In this document: piece by piece, positions 38,501-48,598 of the stretch
Position numbering within the stretch: the stretch's first letter is position 1
Layout of the letters: each line of letters opens with the position of its first letter
NCBI GenBank assembly: GCA_963803275.1
Contig: CAWDLS010000014.1
Coordinates: forward strand, 91,567 to 155,566
Direction: 5' to 3'
From: an uncultured Gammaproteobacteria bacterium
GTDB lineage: Bacteria > Pseudomonadota > Gammaproteobacteria > UBA9214
DNA: 64,000 nucleotides
Position numbers and translations under genes: made by a program
The notes under the pieces: generated by a model
Told to the model about the DNA's origin: nothing
Seen by the model: the letters and a program-made list of their open reading frames with translations, nothing else
The model's database searches: none

Positions 38501-39259
38501 TCAGGCCTGTGTCTTCAATGTGGTGATTTCCGCCATACGGTCCTCGATCCAGGTGGCGGCTTCATCCAGCAATTGCTGGGCCGATTTGCCGCTGCTCTCG
38601 ATAGGCTCGCCGATGCGGACCTGGATGACGCCGGGGTGCTTGATGAAACTGCGCCGCGGCCAGTACTCGCCGGCGTTGTGGGCAACCGGTACGATCGGGT
38701 AGCCGGTTTGTTCCGCAAGTATTGCGCCTCCAATACGGTAATGCCCCTTCTGGCCCGGGGGTATGCGGGTTCCTTCGGGAAAGATGACGATCCAGTCGCC
38801 TTCATCCAGTCGCGCCTTGCCCTGTGTGACCAGTTGCCTGATTGCTGCACGGCCACTGCCACGACGGATGGCAATGCATTTCATCAGGGCCAGTCCCCAG
38901 CCAAAAAAGGGTATCCACATCAACTCTCGTTTGGCAACCCAGACCTGTATGGGAAAGATTTGCTGCAGCGCGATGGTCTCCCAGGTCGACTGGTGCTTGG
39001 CAAACACGATGGCGGCGCCGGTCGGGATGTTCCCGGAGCCGACGACCTCATGGGTAAGGTGGCAGGTCACCTTCAGCCACCACAGCATGAAATGCACCCA
39101 GGTTTGCACCAGCGCCCAGCGTGTGGATAACGGGAACGGGAAGGTGAACAGCAGCAACACGGCGTAGATCACGACAGAGACCGGGAACACGACCCAGAAT
39201 GCAAGCGAGCGCAACCACAGGACCAGGGATGTGCCGTTGGATGTGCTGTCTGTGGCCAT
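38501..39259 (-). CDS. plsC: 1-acyl-sn-glycerol-3-phosphate acyltransferase (lysophospholipid acyltransferase)
   Basis: The HX4D-type motif region (AKHQSTWETI) and FPEGTR motif are present. It is 252 aa. Confidence 0.85.
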   Translation of the reverse strand: MATDSTSNGTSLVLWLRSLAFWVVFPVSVVIYAVLLLFTFPFPLSTRWALVQTWVHFMLWWLKVTCHLTHEVVGSGNIPTGAAIVFAKHQSTWETIALQQIFPIQVWVAKRELMWIPFFGWGLALMKCIAIRRGSGRAAIRQLVTQGKARLDEGDWIVIFPEGTRIPPGQKGHYRIGGAILAEQTGYPIVPVAHNAGEYWPRRSFIKHPGVIQVRIGEPIESSGKSAQQLLDEAATWIEDRMAEITTLKTQA

Positions 39260-39265
39260 GGCAGT

Positions 39266-39814
39266 TCAGGGATGCGCGTGACCGAGCAAGCTCTCCACCG
39301 CGGAATAAAGATCGCCGTAGACCGGCACGCCGGGATCCAGCGCCGGCATGCCTGCGGTACCGAAACCCTTGCCGGTCTTCACCAGTATGGGCCGGGCACC
39401 GGCGGCCCGGGCCGCCCTGATATCGTTCAGTGAGTCACCGATAGCCGGCACATCGGTGAGCTTGATGCGCAGGCGGGAGGCGATGTCCAGTAACAGGCCT
39501 GGCCTTGGCTTGCGGCAAGTGCAGTCGTCCTGTGGTGCATGCGGACAGAAGAACACCGCGTCAATCACACCGCCTGATTCGACGATGCGTCGCCGCATGG
39601 TCTCGTTGACGCGTGCCAGGTCGTCGAGGTCGAGGCGTCCGCTGGCAATGGCCGGCTGGTTCATGGCGATGACCACGTGCCAGCCGGCCCGATGCAGGCG
39701 GGCAATGGCTTCCAGGCTGCCGCGAATCGGCTTCCAGTCGGATGGCGAGGCGATGCAGTCATCCACGTCCTCGTTGATGACGCCGTCACGGTCGAGGATT
39801 ACGAGCTGCATCAC
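39266..39814 (-). CDS. gmhB: D,D-heptose 1,7-bisphosphate phosphatase-like HAD hydrolase
   Basis: The N-terminus is LVILDRDGVIN (a DxD HAD motif) and it has the CxC..C zinc motif FCPHAPQDDCTCRKP typical of the GmhB/HisB-N family. Confidence 0.8.
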   Translation of the reverse strand: MMQLVILDRDGVINEDVDDCIASPSDWKPIRGSLEAIARLHRAGWHVVIAMNQPAIASGRLDLDDLARVNETMRRRIVESGGVIDAVFFCPHAPQDDCTCRKPRPGLLLDIASRLRIKLTDVPAIGDSLNDIRAARAAGARPILVKTGKGFGTAGMPALDPGVPVYGDLYSAVESLLGHAHP

Positions 39815-40145
39815 GTGTCCCTGAACTCCGAAACACGGATGCGTCCGTTGATCATGCGCGACTCGCGTTTGCCGAGCTTTTCAAGCTTCTCCCAGAAGGC
39901 ACCGGCCAGGTCAAAATCCGCAGCGATCGCGGTGCCAATCAGCAAAATGAACAGGTCGGCGCATTCCTCCGCAAGCTTGCCGGTGTCCTTGCCCTTGGTG
40001 ACGCAGGCGGAAATCTCGCCCAGTTCCTCGGTCATCAGGGCAACGCGGTAAGCCAGTTCCTCGCCGCCGGTATTCCTGAAATCGTGCTTGTCATGGAATG
40101 CCTGTACGGCAGCCAGCATGCTTCTGTAGGAGTCGGTGTCAGACA
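39811..40145 (-). CDS. MazG-like nucleotide pyrophosphohydrolase domain protein (~111 aa; the ORF track extends it to 40233)
   Basis: EELAYRVALMTEELGEISACVTKGK...ECADLFILLI matches the MazG/NTP-PPase EExxE motifs. The probable start is the ATG at 40145 (MSDTDSYRSM). The stop overlaps the gmhB start. Confidence 0.6.
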
Positions 40146-40286
40146 TCGCTAGGTACACTCCTGAAATATCTTCCTTATTGACATGGGATGAACCCGTCTG
40201 CAAGCGGTGAGCCGGCCCTCCCAAGACTGTCACCCGGCCTGTCAGCTTCTAATCGCGATGTGCCCGTGCGGTTGATGTTCGCAACC

Positions 40287-42363
40287 TCAGGGTTGCAGCA
40301 GCGAGATATCGGCTACCTGTAAAAACAGTTCCGACAGTGTGTTCAGCAGGGCCAGGCGGTTATCACGCAGTGCCGGATCCTCGACCATCACCATGACGTC
40401 ATCGAAGAAGCGGTCGACCGGCGCCTGCAGTGCCGCCAGTCCGCACAGGGCGGTCGCGTAGTCGCGCGCCTCGTACAGCGGCTTGACCAGAGCGGTCTGA
40501 TCAGTGAGCGCGGCGGCCAGCGCCAGCTCGGCAGGTTCCGTGAGGAGATCCTGGCGGTAGACTTGCGGAATCGCTGTCTCGCACTTGCGCAGGATGTTTC
40601 GAATGCGCTTGTTGGCGGCGGCCAGGCTGGCGGCCTCCGGCAATCCGTGAAAGGTCTTTACGGCCTGGATGCGGTAGTCGAAATCCAGCGGTCGTGACGG
40701 TCGTCGTGCCAGGACGGCGTCGAACACGAGGGTGTCACAGCCGGCGTCTGAATACCAGCTGCGCAGGCGTTCCATCATGAAGGTGTACAGGTCGTTGCCG
40801 ATGGTGCGGGCCTTGAGTGTCTCGGGAAAACTGCCTGCCGCCTGATCGATGAGCGTATGCAGGTCGAGGTCGAGCTGTTTTTCGATCAGGATGCGCATCA
40901 CGCCGAGCGCGGCGCGGCGCAGGCCGAACGGATCCCTGTCGCCGCTCGGTGGCTGGCCGATGGCGAAGATGCCGACCAGTGTGTCGAGGCGTTCCGCGAT
41001 GGCCAGGGCCTGGCCTGTGGATGTGGCGGGTAATCCGTCGCCGGCATGGCGCGGCTGATACTGCTCGTCCAATGCTGTCGCAATTGCTGCGTCCTCACCG
41101 TCATGCAGGGCATAGTAGCGGCCCATGGTGCCCTGCAGCTCCGGGAACTCGAATACCATGCTGGTGACCAGGTCGCACTTGCACAAGGCGGCCGCGCGTC
41201 GCGCCTGTTCGACATCGAATCCCAGGGTGCCGGCGATATGTGTCGCCAGTCGCAGCCATGCGCCGCTGCCTGTCGCCCAGCGAGCCGAGCTGTTGCTGGA
41301 AGGTCACGCTGTCAAGCTGGGCTGCGCGGCTGGCCAGCGATCGCTTGCGATCCTGTGTCCAGAAAAATGCCGCATCCTCCAGGCGCGCACGGATGACACG
41401 CTCGTTGCCGGCCTTGACCTGGTCGGGGTCCTTGCTGGCGATATTGGCAACGGTGATGAAATAGGGCAGCAGTTTGTCGTCCGGTCCGGTAACCGGGAAA
41501 AACTTCTGGTGGTCCTGCATGCTGGAAATCAGTACCTCGGCGGGGACGTCGAGAAAGCGCCGGTCAAATTCACCGCTGATGGCGACCGGCCATTCCACCA
41601 GCGCGGTCACCTCGTCGAGCAGCTCCGCGTCGATGCGTGCGACACCGCCCAGTGCTGCTCCGGCCTCAGTCACCTGCGCGAGGATGCCATCCCGTCGCCT
41701 GTCCATATCGGCCATGACCATGCCGGTTTGCTCCAGTGTCTCGAGGTAGGCGGCAGGAGCCTTGACGGCGATCTCTTCGTTGTGGTGGAAACGGTGTCCG
41801 CGCGTGAAGCGGTTGCCGGTCATGCCAAGGATACTGTCTGTCACCGGCTCGTTGCCCAGCATCAGCAGTACCCAGTGAACCGGCCGGACGAATTCGAGGT
41901 CCGCATCACCCCAGCGCATGCGTCGTGCCACCGGTATGGCACGCAGCGCCTTTTCAACCAGCTCTGCAAGCAGTTCACCGGTCGGCCTGCCGGCCTCGGC
42001 CACAGTCCAGACCAGCCATGCGCCCTTGTCGGTTTCCAGCCGCTCCAGGTCGCCGACACCGACACCGCAGGAGCGCGCAAAACCCTCGGCCGGTTTGGTC
42101 GGTGTGCCATCGGCATCAAAGGCGGCCGCCAGCGCGGGACCGCGCCGGGTGATGGTACGGTCCGGCTGCTGCAGTGCCACGTCGCGAACCAGCACCGCCA
42201 GCCGGCGTGGCGTGGCGAAGGCCCGGCTGGCGCCGTGCCGAAGCTGGTATTCATCGAGCAGTCTGTCGATCGCGGCATGCAGGGCGTCGCGCATGTGCCG
42301 CAGGGATTTCGGCGGCAGTTCCTCGGTGCCGATTTCCAGCAGCAGGTCGCGTGTCGCCGTCAT
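40287..42363 (-). pseudogene. glyS: Glycine--tRNA ligase beta subunit with one frameshift near 41100-41190
   Basis: The N-terminal fragment [21 protein letters not shown] is the canonical GlyS start. The C-terminal 299-aa fragment has the anticodon-binding region. The two ORFs overlap in different frames. Confidence 0.88.
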
Positions 42364-43265
42364 GCCGTTGCGCCAGCGAGCATCGGGAAGCCAAGGACCT
42401 CACGGCGCTGGTAATAGGCCTCCGCCACCTGGCGCGACAGCGTGCGTATGCGCAGGATATAGCGCTGTCGCTCGGTGACCGAGATGGCGCCGCGTGCATC
42501 GAGCAGGTTGAAGGTATGCGATGCCTTGAGCACCTGCTCGTATGCAGGTAACGGCAGTCCGGCCTCGATCAGGCGGCTGCTTTCGCGTTCGCAGACATCG
42601 AACCACTGCAACAGCGACCCGACATCTGCCTGCTCGAAATTGTAGGCCGACATCTCGACCTCGTTCTGATGATAGACATCACGGTAGGTGACCGGACCGT
42701 CCGGTCCCTGTGTCCAGGCCAGGTCGAACACACTGCCGACATCCTGCAGATACATCGCGATACGTTCCAGGCCGTAGGTGATCTCACCGGTCACGGGGCG
42801 GCATTCCAGGCCACCGACCTGCTGGAAGTAGGTAAACTGGGTGACTTCCATGCCGTTCAGCCAGACCTCCCAGCCCAGTCCCCATGCGCCCAGTGTGGGT
42901 GATTCCCAGTTGTCCTCGACGAAACGCACGTCATGTACCAGGGTGTCGATGCCCAGTTCGCGCAGGGAATCCAGATACAGCTCCTGGATGTCCGGCGGAG
43001 ACGGTTTGAGCACCACCTGGAACTGGTAGTAGTGCTGCAGGCGATTGGGATTTTCACCGTAGCGGCCATCGGTCGGACGCCGGGAGGGCTGCACATAGGC
43101 GGCCCGCCAGGGTTCCGGGCCGATCGCCCGCAGGAACGTAGCGGGGTGGAACGTGCCGGCGCCGACCTCCATATCGTACGGCTGCAGCAGGGCGCAGCCC
43201 AGGCGACCCCAGTACTGCTGCAGCGCCAGGATCAGGTCCTGGAATGTTATCGGTGAGTCGGACAC
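42360..43265 (-). CDS. glyQ: Glycine--tRNA ligase alpha subunit with a probable GTG start at 43265
   Basis: [48 protein letters not shown] is near-identical to GlyQ. The ORF track extends it upstream only because there is no stop codon. Confidence 0.92.
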   Translation of the reverse strand: MSDSPITFQDLILALQQYWGRLGCALLQPYDMEVGAGTFHPATFLRAIGPEPWRAAYVQPSRRPTDGRYGENPNRLQHYYQFQVVLKPSPPDIQELYLDSLRELGIDTLVHDVRFVEDNWESPTLGAWGLGWEVWLNGMEVTQFTYFQQVGGLECRPVTGEITYGLERIAMYLQDVGSVFDLAWTQGPDGPVTYRDVYHQNEVEMSAYNFEQADVGSLLQWFDVCERESSRLIEAGLPLPAYEQVLKASHTFNLLDARGAISVTERQRYILRIRTLSRQVAEAYYQRREVLGFPMLAGATA

Positions 43266-43471
43266 GGTCTGTTTCGCAGGGTTTAAAACTTGGCAGTATA
43301 GCCCCAGGCACCGGAAATTTTCACCAAGCTGTCGAATCGACGGCGAATTTACCTGCGTTGTCGTGACTTGATCAGGGCTTCTGTGATATAGCGAAATAAC
43401 GGGACTGGTCGATCTAAAGCCCGGGCGGGTCATGGTCGACTTGTTACCTGAACAAACGGTGGAGAACGGAC

Positions 43472-44038
43472 ATGGCACGGCTCATTCTGGAACCCACAAC
43501 CATTGCACAGTGGCAGAAACTGGTACAGGAGGCGCAGACCGCGTGCGACCGCAATATCGGCGAAACGCTGGAAAGCTACCTGGTGTTCCTGCTCATGCGC
43601 TTTAGCGACCGGCCACAGTGCACGGCGCGCATCATGGCGCAGGATTTTCTAGAGTCGCAGCACCTGTCCGGTGCGCATCGCATCGATCGCCTCCGTGAAG
43701 TCGGTGACCACTGCCTGCTGTTTTCCGGCCTGTTCCCGCAGCTGGCCGAACGACGCCTGGTACGCATCAGCTACTTCGTGAATATCGGGCGCGACTCGTA
43801 CCGGCAGTTGTCCGATGTGCTGGACCGCGGGTGGGCAAGTGTCTACGGGCATCTTTCAGATGCCTTCATCATACTGATGGATATCCTGCATGCGATGCGT
43901 GAACTGGGCGGAGAGCCGCTGCTGACGCCGATCCAGGCCATGGAATTGTGGCAGGAGACAGGCAGCCGCCGCTGTTACCGGCAGGTCTGCAAGGACGGCC
44001 ATGCCACGCCCATTACCGGCAACCTCGAAACCCACTGA
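43472..44038 (+). CDS. Hypothetical protein (188 aa)
   Basis: It is an intact ORF transcribed divergently from glyQ. I recognise no family. Confidence 0.4.
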   Translation: MARLILEPTTIAQWQKLVQEAQTACDRNIGETLESYLVFLLMRFSDRPQCTARIMAQDFLESQHLSGAHRIDRLREVGDHCLLFSGLFPQLAERRLVRISYFVNIGRDSYRQLSDVLDRGWASVYGHLSDAFIILMDILHAMRELGGEPLLTPIQAMELWQETGSRRCYRQVCKDGHATPITGNLETH

Positions 44039-44262
44039 ATCCCTGCTCTTATTTTCATTTCTTAGCTGTGCATGGGTTAGAATGCCCGGTAATGTGACGG
44101 GCTGATTCCTGCCGCAGGGAAGCAAGGGTCACGAGCAATCGCTATCAGTACCTGAAACCGGCAACCGTATCGAGCCCTTGTCACGCGGAAAGTTGCATTG
44201 ACTGTATTCCCGGGCCGGTCCGCGCGCTGCCCGATCTCGCGGCGGTTCATCCCGGCAATTGT

Positions 44263-45327
44263 TTGTCCCGACAGCAGCGTATCATGATTGTTCCACGTAA
44301 AGCCGTTGCACTGATATCCGGAGGACTCGACTCCTTGCTCGCCGCGCGCGTCGTCCTGGACCAGGGCGTGCATGTCGAGGGCATCAATTTTTTTACCGGT
44401 TTCTGTGTCGAGGGCCATACACACGCCATACGCAGGCAGGACCGCGATCGTCCGAAGCGCAACAACGCACTGTGGTCGGCCGAACAACTCGGCATCAAGC
44501 TGCACATCGTCGACATCATCGACGAGTACAAGGATATCGTGATCAATCCCAGGCACGGTTACGGCGCGAACCTCAATCCGTGTCTGGACTGCAAGATCTT
44601 CATGGTCAACAAGGCGCGTGACTGGATGGATGCGCACGGTTTCGATTTCATCATCACCGGCGAAGTCATCGGGCAGCGGCCGATGTCGCAACGCAAGGAC
44701 ACCATGCCAGTGGTGGCGCGCGACTCGGGTGCCGGGGACCGTCTGGTGCGTCCGTTGTGCGCAAAAAACCTGCCGCCCACGCTGCCCGAGCGGGAAGGCT
44801 GGCTGGATCGCGAGCGACTGCACGGATTCAGCGGGCGTTCGCGCAAGCCGCAAATCGCACTCGCGGCAGGCTACGGTATCGAGGACTTCGCGCAGCCGGC
44901 CGGCGGTTGCTGCTTTCTCACCGACCGGCAGTACGCCGTCAAGCTGGAGGATCTCTGGAAAACCCGCGGCAGGCGTGACTACGAACTCGATGACATCATG
45001 CTGCTGAAGGTCGGCCGCCACTTGCGCCCGCGTCCACATTTCAAGATGATCGTCGGGCGCGAGGAAGGTGAAAACCATTTCCTCGAGGGTTACCGGAAAC
45101 GTTTCGTGCACATGTTTCCAAGCAGCCACACTGGTCCGCTGGTGCTGCTTGATGGTGAAGTAAGTGCGGATGACATCGAGCTCGCCGCGCGCCTGACCGC
45201 GCGCTTCAGTAAGGGACGTGACGCTGCCCGGGTGACCGTCGAGATATGTGACATGACAGGGTCAACGCGAACACTCGACGTCGAGCCAATGCGGGTCGGA
45301 CAGATTCCGCAGGGCTGGTATCTGTGA
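44263..45327 (+). CDS. MnmA-family PP-loop ATPase (tRNA 2-thiouridylase-like)
   Basis: The PP-loop is AVALISGGLDSLLAARVVLDQGVHVEG. The candidate catalytic cysteines NPCLDCK and AGGCCFL align with E. coli MnmA Cys102 and Cys199 blocks. It is 354 aa. An alternative start lies at M8 (44284). Confidence 0.7.
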   Translation: MSRQQRIMIVPRKAVALISGGLDSLLAARVVLDQGVHVEGINFFTGFCVEGHTHAIRRQDRDRPKRNNALWSAEQLGIKLHIVDIIDEYKDIVINPRHGYGANLNPCLDCKIFMVNKARDWMDAHGFDFIITGEVIGQRPMSQRKDTMPVVARDSGAGDRLVRPLCAKNLPPTLPEREGWLDRERLHGFSGRSRKPQIALAAGYGIEDFAQPAGGCCFLTDRQYAVKLEDLWKTRGRRDYELDDIMLLKVGRHLRPRPHFKMIVGREEGENHFLEGYRKRFVHMFPSSHTGPLVLLDGEVSADDIELAARLTARFSKGRDAARVTVEICDMTGSTRTLDVEPMRVGQIPQGWYL

Positions 45328-45557
45328 GTATTCGCATTATCGACGCCCGCAACCTGTTGTGTCCCATGCCGGTGATACGAACTCAGGATGCGGTTGCCAA
45401 ATGCCGTCCGGGCGACGAACTGCAGGTGCGCTGTACGGACCCCGGGGTGGTACACGATATCCCGGCCTGGTGTCGCGTGCACGGTCACCTGGTGCGCGGG
45501 ATTGTACGCGAGGATCGCGAAATCATTATCGATATCACCGTCGGTAAGTCTGATTAG
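45324..45557 (+). CDS. tusA: TusA-like sulfur carrier protein with a GTG start overlapping the upstream stop
   Basis: The CPxP motif (LLCPMPVI) is present. It is 77 aa and translationally coupled (GTGA overlap) to the MnmA-like gene. Confidence 0.8.
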   Translation: MSIRIIDARNLLCPMPVIRTQDAVAKCRPGDELQVRCTDPGVVHDIPAWCRVHGHLVRGIVREDREIIIDITVGKSD

Positions 45558-45562
45558 GCACC

Positions 45563-46720
45563 ATGGGCCAGACACTCCTGCCTGATCCGCGCAACCTGCG
45601 CTATCGCGAAATACGCAAGGTCACGCTGATCGGTTCCGTCGTTGATCTGATACTTGGCGTAGTGAAAATCATGATCGGTCTGGCCGCCGGTTCGGAGGCG
45701 CTGATTGCCGACGGCGTGCATTCACTGTCGGATCTGGCGACGGATTTCCTTGTGCTGTTTGCGGCCAAGCACGCCCACCGGGAGGCCGATGAGGATCATC
45801 CCTATGGCCACGGACGTATCGAAACGGTCGCGACCGTGGCGCTGGGCGTTACGCTGGTGATTGTGGCGGTCGGTATCAGCATCGATGCCTTCAGTCGCAT
45901 GTCCTCCGGGGAGAGGCTGCTGCTTCACGGCAGCTGGGCACTGTTGATAGCGCTGATATCGGTCGTCTCCAAGGAAATAATCTACCAGTACACAGCGCGC
46001 GTGGCGCGCCGCCTGCGTTCCAACATGCTGCATGCGAACGCCTGGCACAGTCGCAGTGATGCGATTTCGTCGATCATCGTGGTCATCGGTGTCGGCGGTG
46101 CCATGGCGGGGTATACCTATCTGGACGAGGTCGCCGCGATCGCTGTCGCACTGATGATCGCCAAGATCGGCTGGGACCTGTTGTGGACGAGTCTGCAGGA
46201 ACTCATCGACAAGGCGCTGGAGCCGGAACTGGTCGAGGAAATCCGCCGGGCGATCCTCGGCGTGGGTGGCGTGCGCGCCTGTCACATGTTGCGCACGCGC
46301 ACCAGCGGCAGCGATTCACTGGTCGATGTGCATATCCAGGTGGACCCCACCCTGAGTGTTTCGGAAGGTCACCAGATCGGCGAGCGGGTACGCCGGCAGC
46401 TAATCAGTGAAGTCGAACACGTCGCCGATGTCACCGTCCACATCGATCCCGAGGATGACGAGCAGGCCTCGCCCTGCGACCAGCTGCCGTTGCGCGACGA
46501 GGTGCTGCGCCGTCTCAGGCAGGAATGGCAGGGGCTGGATCACGAGCAGTGGCTCGACAGGGTCGTGCTGCATTACCTGGACGGCAGGGTGCACGTGGAC
46601 GTGTTCGTGCGCAAGGGCGATTTGTCTGCGGAACGGCTGGACAGGCTGGCCGGTGCGATCCGCGAGCACGCCGCACGTGCTGAAGATATTGGCGATGTGC
46701 AGGTGTACACAGGCGAATAG
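45563..46720 (+). CDS. Cation diffusion facilitator (CDF) family metal efflux transporter with an extended C-terminal domain
   Basis: Six transmembrane helices carry the CDF signature (HSLSDLATDF, HAHREADEDHPYGHGRIE). A ~80-aa C-terminal extension appears to duplicate the cytoplasmic domain. Confidence 0.8.
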   Translation: MGQTLLPDPRNLRYREIRKVTLIGSVVDLILGVVKIMIGLAAGSEALIADGVHSLSDLATDFLVLFAAKHAHREADEDHPYGHGRIETVATVALGVTLVIVAVGISIDAFSRMSSGERLLLHGSWALLIALISVVSKEIIYQYTARVARRLRSNMLHANAWHSRSDAISSIIVVIGVGGAMAGYTYLDEVAAIAVALMIAKIGWDLLWTSLQELIDKALEPELVEEIRRAILGVGGVRACHMLRTRTSGSDSLVDVHIQVDPTLSVSEGHQIGERVRRQLISEVEHVADVTVHIDPEDDEQASPCDQLPLRDEVLRRLRQEWQGLDHEQWLDRVVLHYLDGRVHVDVFVRKGDLSAERLDRLAGAIREHAARAEDIGDVQVYTGE

Positions 46721-46766
46721 TGCACAATAATGGTGCATGTAAATTGAGATGCGCACTATATTAGTG
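46721..46766. promoter_or_regulatory. Tandem NtrC (enhancer) binding sites upstream of glnA
   Basis: TGCACAATAATGGTGCA (46721-46737) and GCACTATATTAGTGC (46752-46766) both match the NtrC dyad TGCACC-N5-GGTGCA. Confidence 0.65.
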
Positions 46767-46831
46767 CGGCAAGTGCGGAGAGGGGGCACGTAACCCCGTG
46801 AAATTTTTACGTATGCCGTATAAATCTCTCG

Positions 46832-46847
46832 TGGCATAATTCCTGCT
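46832..46847 (+). promoter_or_regulatory. Sigma-54 (-24/-12) promoter, glnAp2-like
   Basis: TGGCATaattcCTGCT has GG and GC spaced as in TGGCAC-N5-TTGCA. It lies about 105 nt upstream of the glnA ATG and downstream of the NtrC sites. Confidence 0.55.
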
Positions 46848-46951
46848 TTCTGACACAACCAGGTTTCGAGTGTTTTTCAAGGCTGTCGCGCCGCGGATCG
46901 GCAGGCACGGCAGGTAAATCTATTACTGAGCGGTTATCTGGAGGGGTAGTA

Positions 46952-48361
46952 ATGTCTGCAATCAAGGTTTTGAAGACAATCAAGGACAACAAGGTCAAGT
47001 ATGTAGACCTGCGCTTCACCGACACGATAGGCAAGGAGCAACACGTGTCGCTGCCGGCCAGTGTCATCGGCGATGAATTTTTCAAAAGTGGCAAGATGTT
47101 CGACGGCTCCAGCATCAGTGGCTGGAAGGGCATCAACGATTCCGACATGGTGCTGATGCCGGACTCTGACACGGCCGTGATGGACCTGTTCAGCGACGAA
47201 CCCACCCTGATCATCCGCTGCGATATCCTCGAACCCACAACCATGCAGGGCTATGACCGCGACCCGCGTTCAATCGCGCGTCGTGCAGAGGAATATCTCA
47301 AGTCGACCAAGATTGCGGATGCCGCCTACTTCGGTCCGGAACCGGAATTTTTCGTGCTGGATGACGTGCGCTGGGGTTCCGACATGAGCGGTTCCTTCTG
47401 CAAGATCGATTCTGAAGAGGCCTCCTGGAATGCGGCACGCGTCTATGAGGATGGCAACATCGGCCACCGTCCGACCGTCAAGGGCGGTTATTTCCCGGTG
47501 CCACCGGTTGATTCGCTGCACGACCTGCGTGGCGCAATGTGTCTGGCGCTGGAAGAGATGGGTGTACCGGTGGAAGTTCACCATCATGAAGTCGCCACCG
47601 CCGGCCAGTGCGAAATCGGTACCCGATACGACACGCTGGTGCGTCGCGCCGACATGAACATGATACTGAAATATGTCGTGCATAATGTTGCGCATGGCTA
47701 TGGCAAGACGGCCACGTTCATGCCCAAGCCGATCGTCGGCGACAACGGCAGCGGCATGCACGTGCACCAGTCACTGGGCAAGGCCGGCAAGAATATTTTT
47801 ACCGGTAACAAGTACGGCGGACTGTCCCAGCTGGCCCTGTACTACATCGGCGGCATCTTCAAGCATGCACGTGCAATCAATGCGTTCACAAACCCGGGTA
47901 CCAACAGCTACAAGCGCCTGGTACCGGGATTCGAGGCACCGGTCATGCTGGCCTACTCGGCGCGCAACCGTTCCGCTTCGATTCGCATTCCCTACGACGC
48001 CAATCCGAAGGCGCGTCGAATCGAGGTGCGTTTCCCGGATCCGTCGTGCAATCCATACCTGGGATTCTCGGCCATGATGCTGGCCGGTCTGGACGGCATA
48101 CTGAACAAGATCGATCCGGGCGATGCCCTGGACAAGGATCTGTACGACCTGCCGCGCGAGGAAGCAAAGATGATCCCGCAGGTCTGCAGCTCGCTGGACC
48201 AGGCGCTGGATGCCATGGACAAGGACCGCAAGTTCCTGACGGTGGGTGGCGTGTTCAGTGACGACATGATCGATGCCTATATCGAACTGAAGATGAATGA
48301 TGTCACGCGAATGCGCATGACGACCCACCCGGTCGAATTCGACATGTACTACAGCCTCTGA
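46952..48361 (+). CDS. glnA: Glutamine synthetase type I
   Basis: It is 469 aa with the GSI N-terminus ([18 protein letters not shown]) and catalytic region. The adenylylation-site tyrosine region is present. Confidence 0.95.
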   Translation: MSAIKVLKTIKDNKVKYVDLRFTDTIGKEQHVSLPASVIGDEFFKSGKMFDGSSISGWKGINDSDMVLMPDSDTAVMDLFSDEPTLIIRCDILEPTTMQGYDRDPRSIARRAEEYLKSTKIADAAYFGPEPEFFVLDDVRWGSDMSGSFCKIDSEEASWNAARVYEDGNIGHRPTVKGGYFPVPPVDSLHDLRGAMCLALEEMGVPVEVHHHEVATAGQCEIGTRYDTLVRRADMNMILKYVVHNVAHGYGKTATFMPKPIVGDNGSGMHVHQSLGKAGKNIFTGNKYGGLSQLALYYIGGIFKHARAINAFTNPGTNSYKRLVPGFEAPVMLAYSARNRSASIRIPYDANPKARRIEVRFPDPSCNPYLGFSAMMLAGLDGILNKIDPGDALDKDLYDLPREEAKMIPQVCSSLDQALDAMDKDRKFLTVGGVFSDDMIDAYIELKMNDVTRMRMTTHPVEFDMYYSL

Positions 48362-48384
48362 TCCACACGTCGGCAAGGCTGATA

Positions 48385-48413
48385 AAGAAGCGCCCTTCGG
48401 GGCGCTTCTTTTT
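48385..48413 (+). terminator. Rho-independent terminator of glnA
   Basis: The sequence aagaagcgccc-ttcg-gggcgcttc followed by ttttt is a perfect GC-rich stem with a U-tract, located 24 nt after the glnA stop. Confidence 0.85.
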
Positions 48414-48598
48414 GGCCCTGGACAACTGCGGCTGACACGCCAGCAGTGCCCTGAGCACGTACGCTTGTCATGCAATGGTGGCCCGAAACCGGGGTTTTGC
48501 GGAATTCACGTGCAATCCCGGCCGGGATTACTTGACCAACACCAGAAAAAGCCCCATAAACATACCTAGTGCGGAAAAACCGGGACAAGGTGGAAATC

